Shown: positions 49,169 to 63,360 of the stretch, piece after piece
Numbering within the stretch: the first letter of the stretch is position 1
Layout: each line of letters opens with the position of its first letter
Assembly: GCA_000320545.1 (NCBI GenBank)
Contig: ADNK01002591.1
Location: forward strand, 8,643 to 72,642
Length of the DNA: 64,000 bases
Reading direction: 5' to 3'
From: Bigelowiella natans CCMP2755
Lineage: Eukaryota; Protista; Cercozoa
Made by a program: the position numbers and the translations under genes
The notes under the pieces: model-generated
Databases searched by the model: none
What the model was told of the DNA's origin: nothing
The model's input: the letters and a program-made list of their open reading frames with translations, nothing else

Positions 49169-52100
49169 ATGGTGGATGTTCCGCCACCGCCAGTCGTTGC
49201 CTTGGATTTTGAAGGAGGACGTGTTCAATCGGACCAACCATGGCATTTTGCTTGTGTGAATGATCTCCCTCGTCTCAAATTCTTGTTGGGTAGCGAGTAC
49301 TCAAGAGTTAACGAGAAATCACCCAAATCATGTGCGTCAATTTAGCACTATGAGTTGCGGTGCAGGCAGTATAGCGTCATTGAGTAGCGTTGTTGAATGG
49401 GCGGATCACTTCTTAGGCGTTGTGTTAGGTTGGTAGTGAGATGATGTCACCATTCAGTGGGTTGATAAATCAGTGGATTCTCTCCTGCGTGTTTCACATG
49501 GAAAAATTGGTTGGGGAGGTTGGAATTAGATGCAATGGCAAAACGGTCTTCTTTGTTGATGCAGACATCCACACCATGAGAAAGTTAAGGTTGTGGTTGC
49601 ATCGCTTAGCTTTGGCATTCACTTGTTTGGCTCTGTCAGGTGACACGCCATTGACAGCATGCATCAAAGAGGGTCATCTGGACACAGCGAAGTTCCTAAT
49701 TTCTGTGAAGGCAGACATTGAAGCCCGGAATAATGCTGGTGGGCCACATACCTAGCTACCTAGCTACCTTGCTAAATGACACGCAGTGGCGATGATTCTG
49801 CCAGCGAGAGAGGCACAGTAACGAACAGAAAACAAGCAAACACAATGCGGGAGTGACTAGCCACAGAGCAAATGAGTCCGATGTTGTGACCCTCGCGCTA
49901 TGAAGTGGTTTATGCGTTTGTAAGTGCATTTACAGTACTATATGAGTGCTTTCACAGAAGAAAGATGGAAGGGTTATGTGCGCGTTGGCATTGTCAGCTG
50001 TAGTATGAGCTGCATCGTCATCATTAAGCTAGGTTTGTGGGAGTGATATTGAGATCGTTACGGTTATGTAGTAGCTGATGCAACGCTAAGCTTTGGCATT
50101 CACTTGGTTCTCTCTATCAGGTAAAACGGCATTACAATACTCCGTCCTTTTTCCTGAAATGCGGATCACGAAGTATCTGGTTTCTATGAAGGCAAACATC
50201 GAAGCCGTTCTGGTTTCTATGGAGGCAAACCTTGGTCGTAGGAAGGACAAAGAGGGTGAGTCAGATGCCTAGCTATCCGCAAAACCGTTCATGAAGATTA
50301 AGCCAAAATTTAGAAGGGGTGTTGAGCACCGTGAAGTGTACGTGGTAGTCGAAGAAATGATGACAATGGAGCGATATGCGATTACGGAGTGATTAGCAGC
50401 AGCAGTAGGAGAAGCATTATATATTTAATTGGACGTCGTAGTAGTCGGAAAAGTAACATTGCAGATGTTTGTATTTTAAAATAACGGGAAGGGCGGTTTT
50501 CAGTTTTAAAGCTGAAATGACAAGCAGTAGATTAGTGTCGTGGAGGGGCATTTTGTTTGAGGTCGGCAGAATTGATGACTATTGGGTGGTTGGGATGCAA
50601 AAATGGCACTTGGGTTGGGTGTACTAATAAGATCATGTTTTTTAAATGGCAAATTGTGCTTTCTAAACTATCAGGCAGGGTTAGATACTCAAGTGGTGGT
50701 GTCTTGGGCGGGTTCGAAGATCCCCAGTTTGAGTCAAGGCTTGAAATCTACGATTTCCTTGAGAAGAAATCCGAGATTCAAAAACTTCGGAAAGAAAGAC
50801 TCCTTGAAATGAATCGTTGCACGTTTAGGGAAGGCAAACATTGCCGGAGGATTCTTGGGTCTCTTTTCACTGCTCTCAAAGGCTCTCATCCTCAGGGCAT
50901 CCAAGTCATCGAAGACATCTTCGAACCAATCATCGAGGCTTTGTTCCCTGATTTGGGAGTCACAAAGGTGTTTTTCAACGCCTCTAGAAACGACAAAGAC
51001 GAAAACGAAATTCTCCAGTTCGATGAGTTTCAGTCCTTTCTCTGGACTTACATGCCGGAGGAACACAAGCTGACAGAAACAGGATTCGAGGAAATCGCAC
51101 ATGATTGGCTAAAGAAAAAGAAGAGCCTTGCGAAGAAAGCGGGACATGTGTTCAGTAGTATGTCGGTTTCTACCTTAACAAGCCAAGATTTTGGGGATGC
51201 CAAACATTCTTCGGAGGGTTTGCTCTCGCTATTCGAGAGAGGTGGGTACGTGCCTATAAAGGCGAATGAAGCCAAGACGAATCGCACCGTCCCCGTCGAT
51301 ACTAAGGATGGGTCATGGTTTGAAGAGAGTAGTCTGGGGAAGGGTTCCTATGGTGCTGTCTATGCAGTGGAAAAGAGGGTTGTGAACCAGAGATGCGCTG
51401 CCAAGGTATTTGACTTGAGCGGCAAGACTAAGAAAGAAAAGGACCGCATCCTTCGTGAGTGTCGTTTGATGGCAAGTCTTGAGACACACCCCAACATCAT
51501 CCAGTATGTAGACACGATCCAGAACGGAGACATTCTCTGCATCGTGATGGAGATTTGCCCGGAGGAATTGAGCAGAAAAATAAACGGGCCGAAGATGGAA
51601 GCACGGAAAGTCAAGGATTTGATTCTCGGCATCGGGAGGGGGCTAGCCCACCTGCACGGGCAGACACCAACCCCCATTCTTCATCGAGATTTGAAAGCCG
51701 ACAATGTTTTGATATCGCAAGCTGGTGTGTGCAAGATCGCGGATATAGGTTTGGCTACGGAAGGGGGTAGGGCCGCAGACCTGAACACAGAGCAGCTCAA
51801 GACTATCGCCAACACCAAGGGGCGAACCGAGTACCAAGCGCCAGAACGCGTGTCCGACGGTGGATCTGGGGACATGTGGGCCGCTGGGCTGATCCTTGTG
51901 GAGCTCGCAACAAACAAGCTAATCAAGGATAACCGAGAGATGAAAAAGGCTAGCAAAAGCACAGCGGCTTGGGAGAAGAAGGATATGATAAAGGACCTCA
52001 TCAAAGAGACACAAGACAAAACAGGGGACAAGCAGCTTTCGGTGGCTGTGGAAAAACTGCTAGAATGTGATCCAAAGAAGAGGATGACCGCTAGTCAACT

Positions 52101-53067
52101 GGTGGAGCTGCTTGACCCGACTATAGGCCTGCAGAATTTAATGGACGCGATCAAGGATCTGAAGGAAGGTTTATCCTCCATCACCAAAAAACTAGATGGT
52201 CTGTTCCAAACAGTGCTCAACTTCAATCTCGATGAGGATTCCAAAAACATCCCAAATCACTTTCTACTCGTGCCCGGCGCTGAGGAGTTTGGAGATGAGA
52301 CAGCGGGCCGCTGGTTCGGAGAGCTTTTCAGTAGATCCAAAGAGAAACTCGGCATCCAAAGAACCTTGTGGCTCTACATAAGCGATGAAGCCCACCTCCT
52401 CGATCCGAAACTGACCAACGGCCAAACAATCCCGGCCACGACAAAACTGATTCATAAACCCATGCAGATCATTGTGCCCGGAGAAACTATGATCAAGCTT
52501 GCGCCGTTGCTTCGTGTTCTCAGTGTTGCTCTTCTCGCAGCCAAAGTCGCCGGCACTGTCACTACCGGTGTCGGAGTGGTCATCCCCAATGGCATACCAG
52601 GACTTGACAAGCTTCAGGACAACAGAAAGGCTCTTGCCTCCATCTACAAAACCATAGAAGGGCTGTCTGAGAACGATCATTGTGCAGAGGTCATTGAAAA
52701 CGAAGAGAGCAACATCGACAAGAAGGCGAATACAGATGTACTGTCTTCCCAAAATCCACAGAAGGCAGTGGGAGAGGCATACTCTGTTTTGAAGTCACTG
52801 CTTAAGAAGGACGACGAGGGCAAGGCTCCAACCACCAAAGATGGGGATTCGCTTGACGATTTGCTGAGAAATGAATTAGTGCGGATGGTCCACCCAGAAG
52901 AAGGGAAAGTCCGGTGGTTTGCGCGTCATGACGACAAGGACATCAAAGATGACAAAAGATTCAAGTTGCTCGAGAGCTGTGGCTGGAAAGCAGACCAGCG
53001 AGATGATTCCTCACTTTTTGCTACACAGCAAAACCAGGTGGTGTCATCCTGTTGTGTTGTGGGTTGA
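49169..53067 (+). CDS. Ankyrin-repeat, EF-hand-like and Ser/Thr protein kinase with C-terminal extension ending CCVVG; 4 predicted exons
   Basis: Kinase motifs LGKGSYGAV, AAK, HPNII, HRDLKADN, ADIG, YQAPE and DMWAAG. Phase-1 exons are ~49169-49331, 49640-49738 (DTPLTACIKEGHLDTAKFLISVKADIEARNNAG), 50121-50255 (KTALQYS...KANIEA) and 50675-53067. DKDENEILQFDEF is EF-hand-like. Confidence 0.85.
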
Positions 53068-53280
53068 AGCTGAACCTAGGTGTAGAGAATGCATCACACC
53101 TTTGTGTTTTCTTGTCAGAACAACTAGGTTTCATCACTTCAGAAGGTTCTCTTACGTCCGCGTAAGAGCGTTCACAGGAATGTGACGCATCTTCCACTGA
53201 AGTGGGTTTTGGATTACTTTTTTTACAATGTGCCATTTTGAGTTCACTCAGTTCATTTAAAAAAATTGGGATGCACGTCT

Positions 53281-54300
53281 GACGTGTGAGACGGATGTGA
53301 TGAAATGATCAAATCTTTTCAATGGACATCCTCATGTAGCTATGCAGACGTGTGTGCACAACAAAAGTGATGCATGACGAAAGCATTGCATCTGAAATGC
53401 ATCCGCATGCCTCTGTTCCAAGCTAGGACAAACTTGGTGAATCTCGCACAAAAAATGGACAGTTTGAAAACTTCAACGAGACTAGAGATGCAAGTAGATG
53501 ATGTTCAAAGCGCCTCAAGCCTCTTTTGGTCCTGTCACTTTTCAACTTTGCAAGTTCCAATGTTGCCAACACCACAGATGGCGCGCATCCATGATCGATG
53601 TAGCAATGCTTGGAAGCTTTGGTTTGATTCCTGACAGCTGCGGGACCCCGGTGGGAAACCAAGCAAGCACTTCGCGCGCTGAGTGCAAAGCACTCCAACA
53701 AAAGCGCACACCACGTTTGCAAAACGTGCAATGAGACAAATCGACGAGCTCTTTGTCAACATTGCACAAGACAACAGCGCAACAAGGAAATGCATGACCA
53801 ACGTGAGACTTTCATTTTGGGAAGCATCATTGCAACTTGACAGATGTTTGCGTGTTCATGCAGACAAAAACGCGACAACACCAACACCAGAAAGTGCAGA
53901 TTTTTCATCATCGCTCAGGAAGAAGAATGCAGACATGACACCAAAAAGGACACCACGTGTGCAGTGGACAACACATGTGCTGATGGGCTGCACACTGCTG
54001 CAAGTGTGTGGCACACTCCAAAACTCGGCCTTGTGCAGCGATCATGGATGCACGACCATGCATGTGCACATGTCAAGATGCACATGCGCAGACATGTGCG
54101 TCCACAATGGTGCAGATGTTGCTAGAGCTACGCTGTTCAATTGTGATTGATTGATTCAAGCACATGCATGAATCATTGATCGATGCAGATTTGCAGCTGA
54201 ACACGCGCCATTGTCAAACAGAGGAATGCTCCACGCTCGGCCTCAAAGGCAATGAAATGACGTGCACACTCATCATCAGCTAGAATTTTTTGAGCTTCTT
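53281..54300. other. TpA-depleted intergenic island (probable decayed repeat)
   Basis: 9 TA in 1,020 nt by hand count, all in CTA or TAG context, and none between 53603 and 54122. CG dinucleotides are retained. Confidence 0.88.
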
Positions 54301-54939
54301 TTTCAACTTTTGGTGCTTGCGCTGGATTCTCTACAGTAAGGGGAAAATGAAGGAAATAAAACTTGGAACGCGTGGTAAATGAGACTCATTGGGATGTGGT
54401 TGCTCCCGAATCGAAATTTTGTTTTAACATAGCTAATATTTTTGGAGAGGGAGGGTAAATTATTTGATCCATAATTACGTCAGTACATCTGATCAAACCT
54501 TGTATCTGCTCTTGCCGTGGTTTGCAGGGGGCAGTGGGACAAATCCGGTACCTTTCCATCCTCGCGGTGCCTATGTAAGGGTGAGCGTGGGAGTCAATTA
54601 TGATAGGGAGGATGCTGGGGTGAATGAGCCGTGATTTAGTGCTGCCACCATTCGTCTTTCTCACAAACGCACCTTGAATCGATTGTACGGTATGATGCGT
54701 ACGGGAAATCGCAGGTGTCGGCGGAAGGCGTTCCTATAGCGGCCTGTGCGAGCCTGAAGTAGTATCAAAACCAGAGAGAAGAAGAAGAAGAAGAAGAAGA
54801 AGAAGAAGACGACGACCAGAAATCATGCCCTCGTACTCTATTGCTTCTCTGCTCATCATATAATTAAGTGAAGAGTAAGGATCTTTAGCATCTTTTAACT
54901 TTTACATCCCCCACCCACCCCTATCTATATAATTTACAC

Positions 54940-54980
<41 letters not shown>

Positions 54981-55229
54981 AGTGTGTGTGTGTGACCTCG
55001 GTTCCATTGTCGAATTCTGATATCTCGATTCTACCACAACGACATTCATTTATGAGCAATATGGAAAATAGTAGCATCAATAGAGAAGGAATACAGCAGC
55101 ATACTAAGAAAGAACAGGGGGGGAGATGAGAACGCTGTGGGACAAATCCTGGCCAAAACGAGTAGGCTAGGAGTCCATACTTGTACACGCACGCAAATAC
55201 ACACACTTACACACACACACGCATTAAAA

Positions 55230-55760
55230 CTAGCGATCATTATCCCACTTGATTCGTGACTTAGTGGCTGCACAAGCCAGATCGATGGCCTGCCACATCC
55301 AATGGCGCTTGCTCAACTCAACGTCGTTCATCTGGCACGTGTACCAAAATGGTAAAATGATGATGACGATGAAGATGATGATGATAACGAAACGTATGTT
55401 GCGTTTTTCTCGATGTGTTTGCATGCGATTCAATTGTCGGTATTTGTACTGTGGGAAGAATGATGAGGGGGGGGGGGGGGAAGGAGGGTATGTTTCGCAG
55501 AAGTAGTGTATATTAACAATTCACACACCTGTACCCACCAAGATCGGTTACCCCATGTGTCAATCAACCTATAGGTAGGTGGAGACGATAAGAGGGGAAT
55601 GTGTTAGCAATGGCATCAGCAAGTACAGTGCAGCGGACTTACGATTTAAGCATGAGCTGTGGAACGTCGGAGTACTCAACGGCAGGGCACACCTGATGGC
55701 ATGCATCATACAGAGGCAATGGAAACAGAACGACGATGGGGATGTGGAGACAGAGAGTAA
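55230..55760 (+). CDS. Exons of an uncharacterised gene (full extent roughly 54.8-56.9 kb, unresolved)
   Basis: Splice-bounded open segments ...LIRDLVAAQARSMACHIQWRLLNSTSFIWHVYQN and VETIRGECVSNG...FKHELWNVGVLNGRAHLMACIIQRQWK. No family recognised. Confidence 0.3.
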
Positions 55761-56132
55761 TAAGACGCAGCCTTGCTGCAATGTGTAGGAAAAAAAATAT
55801 TTCGAAGAAAGAGAAGCAGAGAGCGGACAGAAGACTTACAGTAAACTCCTCGATGAGAACCTGCCAAGAAAATCAAAGAAGATAAGCTATATTTCACGAG
55901 AATGCTTTGCTTCAAGTCATCTCTCCCCTTCTCCCTTTGATTACCCCTCTCCCTCTTTCCCCCCCTCTCTGATAAATGAACAGCATGCTATTGCCACAAC
56001 CAACCAGCTCTACTTTTACCACCTTCTTCAAAGGTTCCAGGTAGTCTGGCGGCCTATAACGCATATAACCTAAGACCTACCAATTGTGCGACGAAAGCAT
56101 AGACAATTGTGAAGAAAAAGATGAAGCTACAG

Positions 56133-56175
<43 letters not shown>

Positions 56176-56524
56176 CTATACACATGCGCATGCACACATT
56201 ATGGTCTTGTGTTTGTGTCTTGTGTTGTTAATTATGACAGTGCCTTATCATAAGGATGCCACACGGCCTTCGGGGAGAGGAATCAGCAAAGAGAGTAGAC
56301 GACAAACACAACCAACAAAAGGCACGTTAGTCGATATCAAGCTTTATGTACATTCACAGCAAGCCTGCAATCCCCTTTTACAACAGTTTATCTTTATGCG
56401 CTACTACTACTGCTACTGCTGCTGCTACTACTACTCTCACCCCACCTTCAATATGTGCTTCGCCGGCTGATTCAAGAGCTTGTTCCCTTGCTTCCCCCCT
56501 CGAGTCCCCGTCAACTTTTTGTCT

Positions 56525-56568
<44 letters not shown>

Positions 56569-56659
56569 CATTGTGAGCTGCTAACTTGATATAGTTTTTG
56601 AGCATGTGTCATAACGAGTTGTGCGCGTCTTTGTATGTATGTGTTTGTAACATATTTTG

Positions 56660-56711
<52 letters not shown>

Positions 56712-57604
56712 ATGTATAATATGCGTGTGTGTGTGTGTGTTTGTTTGTCTGTGGCCTCACGTATGCATCTAAGTTGCAGCTCACTGGACTTGTATGGCCT
56801 GCGAACAGCACGTATAGCACATCACAACAGCTCGCTCAAAGTTTTAAGACGTTGGCGACGATGCTGCTGCTGCTGCTGCTGCTACTACTACTACTACTAC
56901 TACTACTGCTACTGCTAATGCTGCTGCTGCTTCTGATGCTGCTACAAATAATAATACGACAAAGAATGATTATCCATATGTTCACTGCTGGCATTACCAT
57001 TGGTATATTCTAGAGCTCGATTCGTTGAACGCTCTCCTCATCATCCTGATGCGAAGAGAAGTGCACACAAGTATTTGTTTTTGCGGTGGCTTTGCAAAGT
57101 ACAGGACATCTTACAGTAGATTCTTCGTCATCCCCCTTTGACCTTCATGCCGTACAATGTTGATCTTCTTGCCCACTGCCTTCGGAGTGGAAGTCCGGTT
57201 GACTGTACATGTGTGTGGTAAATGTATTGAGTATTCGTTAATCCTTCCTTTTTGAACAATTACCCTCCATCCCGCCGCAAGCGAGAAGTACAACCACAGT
57301 GGCTGCTGTCAAGGCCCCTCTGAGACACCATCCGAGCCTGGGCTCGCCCGCCCCCATCCGCGAGCCGTCTCCTGGCTGCGTGTTCAAGCTGGAAATAATT
57401 AGACAAAATTTTAAGCGAAATACATCTAGAGGATGAGGTATTTTATCGCAGGGACGAATTCGGTCATGCACTATTTCGGAAGTGCCAAGGAGTATCTGGA
57501 AATTGATTCTATTTTGACTGTGCGACAACTAAAAATTACCGGAATCCCTTGTCGTAGTCAAATTTTTGACACATTTCTCTCCGATGGGGTACCCCCCTGC
57601 AACC

Positions 57605-58622
57605 ATGGACACACGGCTTCTCCGCCATAGAGCCAGCACTGGAACGTGGAAACGAATCATGGGACCTGCTGTGGGGTCAACCATTCTTTTTGCATTGTGC
57701 CTACTCTGCAGGATAGGAGATGGGAGTAGCAGTTTAGAGAGGGGCCTCCATGGGGGGCTCAGTCGAGTGCAATCACAGTTCCAGCAGCTATCCTTTGCTC
57801 GCCCTCCACTCCATCACACTTCGAGGTTCGGTACCCTAACAAGAGAACCAAGATTCACTATCCTTCCGTTTTCCCTATTTTGAGGCTAACAATTCTGAGA
57901 CACTAATAACTACTTCAGAATGGCCGAGCTGCAGGGTCGTCGTCACTTTGGAACAGGGCAACAACGTCCATCGAGAGGACCAGGAATAGCACCACTGAAG
58001 GCAACGTTCGAGATAGAGAATGATGACGAGATTGTTGATGTAAGTGTGAGCATTCCTCGCCTTCACTGTTACGTCGCCATTCTGCTGATGTGCTCAACGC
58101 TGTTTCTTCTTCGTCTTCTTCTTCTTCTTCTTCTTCTTCTTCTTCTTCTTCTTCTTCTAGGAGGACATGGAAATAGCGGCGAAAGTCATGGCAGGAGAAA
58201 TTCCTGCAATGTATGATACAATATTTAATCCAGTATATGTAAAATGACCATGAGTGCTTCTTTGTATTCATGTCGGTCGCTTCCCTCCATGAGGTTTCTC
58301 AACGCTCGCTCGCCACACATTCACCGACAACAGCTACCACTGATGGAAAATTATAATATCATGACAGAGACGATTCTATTCAGGACTATGATTCGTTAGA
58401 GGAGATGGTAACTTTCATGATCTCCTTTTCATACGTTCATCTGAATGCAGACCGACTCATGATGAGAGACTCATCACCTTTCCATTGCTTTCAGGTTGAC
58501 TTGAATGGCGATGATCAAGATGAGGTAGCAACACACGAATCAATACAGACACACAAGAATGATAAATATGTGCCTTTGATTTGCATTGCGAGTCATCTCG
58601 CATCAACACGCACATGTGTATT

Positions 58623-58663
<41 letters not shown>

Positions 58664-60281
58664 ATAATATATATATATATATATATCAATAATATATGTA
58701 TGCATTTCAATGTATATTATGATTATGTGTGTGTTTGTGATTATTTTTTTGCTTTGAACTCGATCAGTGGGCGAACGCAGCGACAGGAGACATGACAGTA
58801 GATCAGGTGATGACCTCAAAAGCCGCACCTTTTGGTCCACTCGTCATTCCTTCCATTCACGTCAAAGTGATGATAGTTATGATTATCATGTAGTAACGTG
58901 GTTGTTGCTTTTCAGGCTCTAGATATCCTCTCCGACGATGCATCGCCAGAGGGAGATAATGTAAACAATAATAAAACGGAAAACTCCATGATCGAGGAGT
59001 ATTTCTTAACATACTACCCTAGAATGAGAGAGCACCAGGCAGCTAATTCCAAGAATCGAAACGAGGGGGGAAAGCTGAAACCACAATAATACCTTTGACT
59101 TTATTCTATATTCGTGGCGAAGACATTCATGCACTCGCCTAATCCTTAAAAGGAGTACCATGATGTTTTTAAAGGTGTTGACTGACAGTGTCTTATCATT
59201 AATTCAGTCATTCGGGGATGAGCCTGAGTTGGTGTTCAGCGATGAGGTGATGATATGATAAGATGCTGCAATCGCCAGTCACAATCATCATCATCACCAC
59301 GTACGCAGGCAGCTTGACGTTGATTTTGGTTTGTGTTGTCCTGCATAGATCATCGGTACAGACGATAGCGAGGACTTTGCCAAGGTGTGAGAGGAAAAAA
59401 TACATTAATGATGAATTCATTTTCTTGTGAGAGAAACCATTGATGTTACCTTAGTGTTAGTTCGTCCCATTTGTTCATTGCTTTGAGTAAGTGAAGAACA
59501 ACTCTCCTCCCCAACATCTCTCGCCATCTTCACATCTATATCACCACCTCTCGAGATTCTGTTGATGTTGCTGGTATTTATTGACATGTCCTTCCTTTTC
59601 CTGCTCCTTCTCTTCCTTACTGTCTTTTTCCACCTTGCCGAAATTTTCTTACAGGTCGTGGCTGGGGCCATGTCTGACATCAAGGCCACGAACATATCGA
59701 TCATGTAAGTATTTAGGAGTAGGAATTGTGGTGGTGGTGATGAGGGGACTTGCTCATGAGAGAAGAACACGCGTTCATGAATCGAAGAACCAACTTATTA
59801 TCTATTCTGAATATACTCCAAAATATGAAATATATTAACAAATAATTTCCTCCCACCGCTTAGATACGTCCGCAGGATACGATCTTATACCAGCTACGTT
59901 GTCATCGGTAGCGTCTTTTCGCGACCACAGACTGATGCAGCGAAGAAGAAAATTTATGAAGTTGCCCAAGGTTGTAGTAGCCTCTTTGTACGGAAGATGT
60001 AGATATTGTATGCTGTATACTAGATGAAGAGATACTGCCTGAAAGATTAAGGTATCACTTTTTATTTTCCAGCTCCAGAATGGGACCGCAAGCGAGTCGG
60101 CGATCGTGAAGATGAAGCCAAGTCAGCTGGATGGCATTGCGTAGACTACGGAGACGTGATTGCACACATTATGACGCCTGAACAGCGCGAGTACTACGAT
60201 CTAGATTCGCTCTACAGCAAAGGGGACCTCATCACAGTTCCTGGCCTAACAGGACTGATCGATGACAGCATGATGTTGTAG
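57605..60281 (+). CDS. rsfS: Ribosomal silencing factor RsfS/Iojap-like protein with bipartite plastid leader and acidic N-terminal extension
   Basis: The 3' exons give VVAGAMSDIKATNISI-YVRRIRSYTSYVVIGSVFSRPQTDA...GWHCVDYGDVIAHIMTPEQREYYDLDSLY, the RsfS signature. The first exon MDTRLLRH...GSTILFALCLLC...QLSFARPP resembles a signal plus transit peptide. Middle exons are only approximately resolved. Confidence 0.85.
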
Positions 60282-61012
60282 TGTAGTTCTTTGGTGATGG
60301 TGGCGCATCTCGTATTATCTGTAGAGGGGCCATCAGTGTAGTAGTTTACCAAATCTAGGCCGAGAATGATGCGAGTGCCAGCCAGAGCGACGACCTTTCT
60401 AGCTGTATGGATCTGTCTTGACAGGTAAAAATCGTCCTATCTATTGGATTGACATAACAAGCAATAGAGAAGGGATCACATTGTCTACCACTGGTGAAAG
60501 CGAGTGTAGTCTTAGTGACGCATCCTCCATTGTGATTGCACGGTATCCAGCGTACGAGCGTGTCACGCTGACTGCGCATGTCTAGATTTGCTGGTTGTTG
60601 AGTGTGCAATTAGCTAGATTAATTCACGCAGCCAATTATCCCACAATGCTGGAATGGTATAATGATGCGATGCATGAAACCTGCGATTTGCCAACACCGG
60701 TGTGCACGCTAGCTAGCTAGCACGGCTAGCGACAGCGTAGCACCGTAGACAACAGCAACAAGCATCAAGCAGGTATGTACATCCAATCTGGCGTGCCTGT
60801 AGTTGTGCTGCTTGCACTGTATATGTGTGTATGCATATTTGCGTGTGTTCGGCCGGTGACTAACATTTGGCACCGCGCAGCAATGAGTGCTGCGCGAGCA
60901 CCTAGCAGCTAGCACATCTAGACATGCATTGTGCTGTAGTGTGTCTGTTGGCCGAGGAGGTGCTACTACCACTGTGATTTTCGGGTTAGAAGGGGTCGAG
61001 AGAAGAATTAAA

Positions 61013-63310
61013 ATGAGTAGAAACGTGATGGAAGAAGTTGAAGGTGGGAGAGGAGAAGGAGGAGGACAAGGAGGAGGAGGACAAGAAGCTGTTTCTGCAA
61101 GCACCACGTGCACAACTTCTCTGTTTTTTCCGATTTCCCGCATATTTGTAAGATTTGAGGCGGTGTTGTCCATACGACTTCATCTTCAGCTTCGAATTGC
61201 TGTAAATTCGCCTATCTCTCTGAAAACAGGATTCTATATGGATGTATTTCCGATAGAATCTAGACTACTTTGGCATCATCGTCATCATCCTCACCATGCC
61301 ATTCATCGAAGAGCATGCGGATGCATCAACTCAGGCTCGCGCTCTTGCCACTAATGTGAGGAGGGTGGACGCGGGGGGGGCGGGTAGACTATATTCATAA
61401 AATGGAGCGAAAACCTCCTAATATGGGCAGTGGATTTCACTATGAGGTTGCCAGGCCGGGCGGGAAGAAGCTAAGCATAGATAGCAGCGAAGAGAGAGAG
61501 AGGGGGATACGTGTTCGTGCCGAAGACTAGGCATGACACACTTTTCTTAATATTCATCAGTGCTATCGATGGCATAGCCGCACCTGCGATGAATGTGGCC
61601 TCTACGGTTGTGAATCCAATCCAGCGACACGGGCTGAAGAGGGCCATCTGCCATCGTCGATTCCCTCAGGTGCATACTGGCATTTCAAATGTCTGCTGTT
61701 GAGATTTACCTAATCTCGATCGCTCTTCATGTTCAGCGGACGATGGCTATTTCTCATGGAGACAAGAAACAGGGTTACGTTCCCTTCTCAGCCAGGCGCT
61801 CCCAGATTGGACTGCTTATACCGAGAGTCTTCCCGAACAGTTAGCACATTTTCATCGTTTTCGTAATACACCGAGGGGGCAGTTGTAAGTGCTGACTGCC
61901 CTCGTAAAACTTACACCGATGATTCTTTGTTGTCAGAAAACGTTCGAGGGATATCTGGCGGCGGTAGCACGACGAACCTACCGGAATGGACGGCAGAAGA
62001 TGACCAGGTGGTGGGAGATATCAAGGGCGAGATTGAGCAGGCGATTCAACGGTCACGTTCAAATTATGCTCACCAACGAGAAAGGGTAGAGGAGGAAAGG
62101 GAGAGGAGGACAGTGTCTACCAATGTTTATCCCGTTGTTTTGTTTGAAAAATCTGCTGTCGGTCATTATAACAGGGGGGCGCCAGTCTTCAATGACGGGG
62201 ATCCTGGTGGATGCTGTAAAATCTACCTGGGTAGGAGGGATGTACATTAAACAAGCTGTAGCAGTAGTAGTAGTAGTAGATTCATGATAGGATAACAACT
62301 CTCTCTCTTTCTGCAATCTTTGCCATAATCATTGTCATTAACCGTAACAACGACGACGACGATTACATCATCATCTCATCATCATTATCATCATCATTAT
62401 GGTCATGATCAGCAATGATGGCCCTCGATACCAACAAGTCAGACATTGACCTCTCCCCCCCCTTCCCCCCCGGTGATATAATTACCATATGGTAGAGTCC
62501 ATCCATCGGATAAGGGACATGGCTGGAAAGGGAGGAAGCAAATACTTTACGGTTATGTACAAGACCGATCAGGTGTTTTTAAAAAGCATAATTTATATCA
62601 CCTCTTCTCTCTTTCGTTATTACTACCTACCCTCTAAGATTACAAGATGAGTGTTAAAGAACGACAGAATACATATGTTGGCAATATTCAAGCCGCAATT
62701 ACACAATTGCTCTCTAGGCGTTCCTTCGACATTTTTCACTCTGCTTTAAGGATTGTTGTTTCCCTTCTCCTCGTCCTCCATCGTCTCTCTTTTAGCTTCT
62801 CGTCCAGATTCGCAAATTTGAGAGCAGACTGAATGGTTGTCTATTTTTCAAAACAGATATGTGCACCCACGCACGCATGAAAACATGCACACACTGAAAC
62901 AAAGAGATCGAGAGGCAGAAAGAGAGGAGAGAGGGAGAGATGAGAAATAGAGAAATACAGACATAATCGAGAGAGATTAGCCGACGCTTGGTTGGCCTCA
63001 TATACACATACAAACAAACATGCACTCTATCCTCTCACGTTTGTTCTAAAAAATAAATGGCGTTGTAGGAAAGACTCCTCAAGAGGACGACTATGTGCAG
63101 ATCGCTTGGACGTTGCGAAATGTGCTCTTCACCACCAATAATCACCAACGGGGATCCTCCTCCCTTCTTCTTCTCCTCTTGTTCTTCTTCTACTACAAAT
63201 AACCACCTTCTCTCTCCTCCTCACCCGTGCACGATACACTTGTACTTAGGCGTTGGAGTTCATCGTCAACCACGTTACAAAGATGCAGGTGCCACCATCA
63301 ATTATGAGTA

Positions 63311-63360
<50 letters not shown>

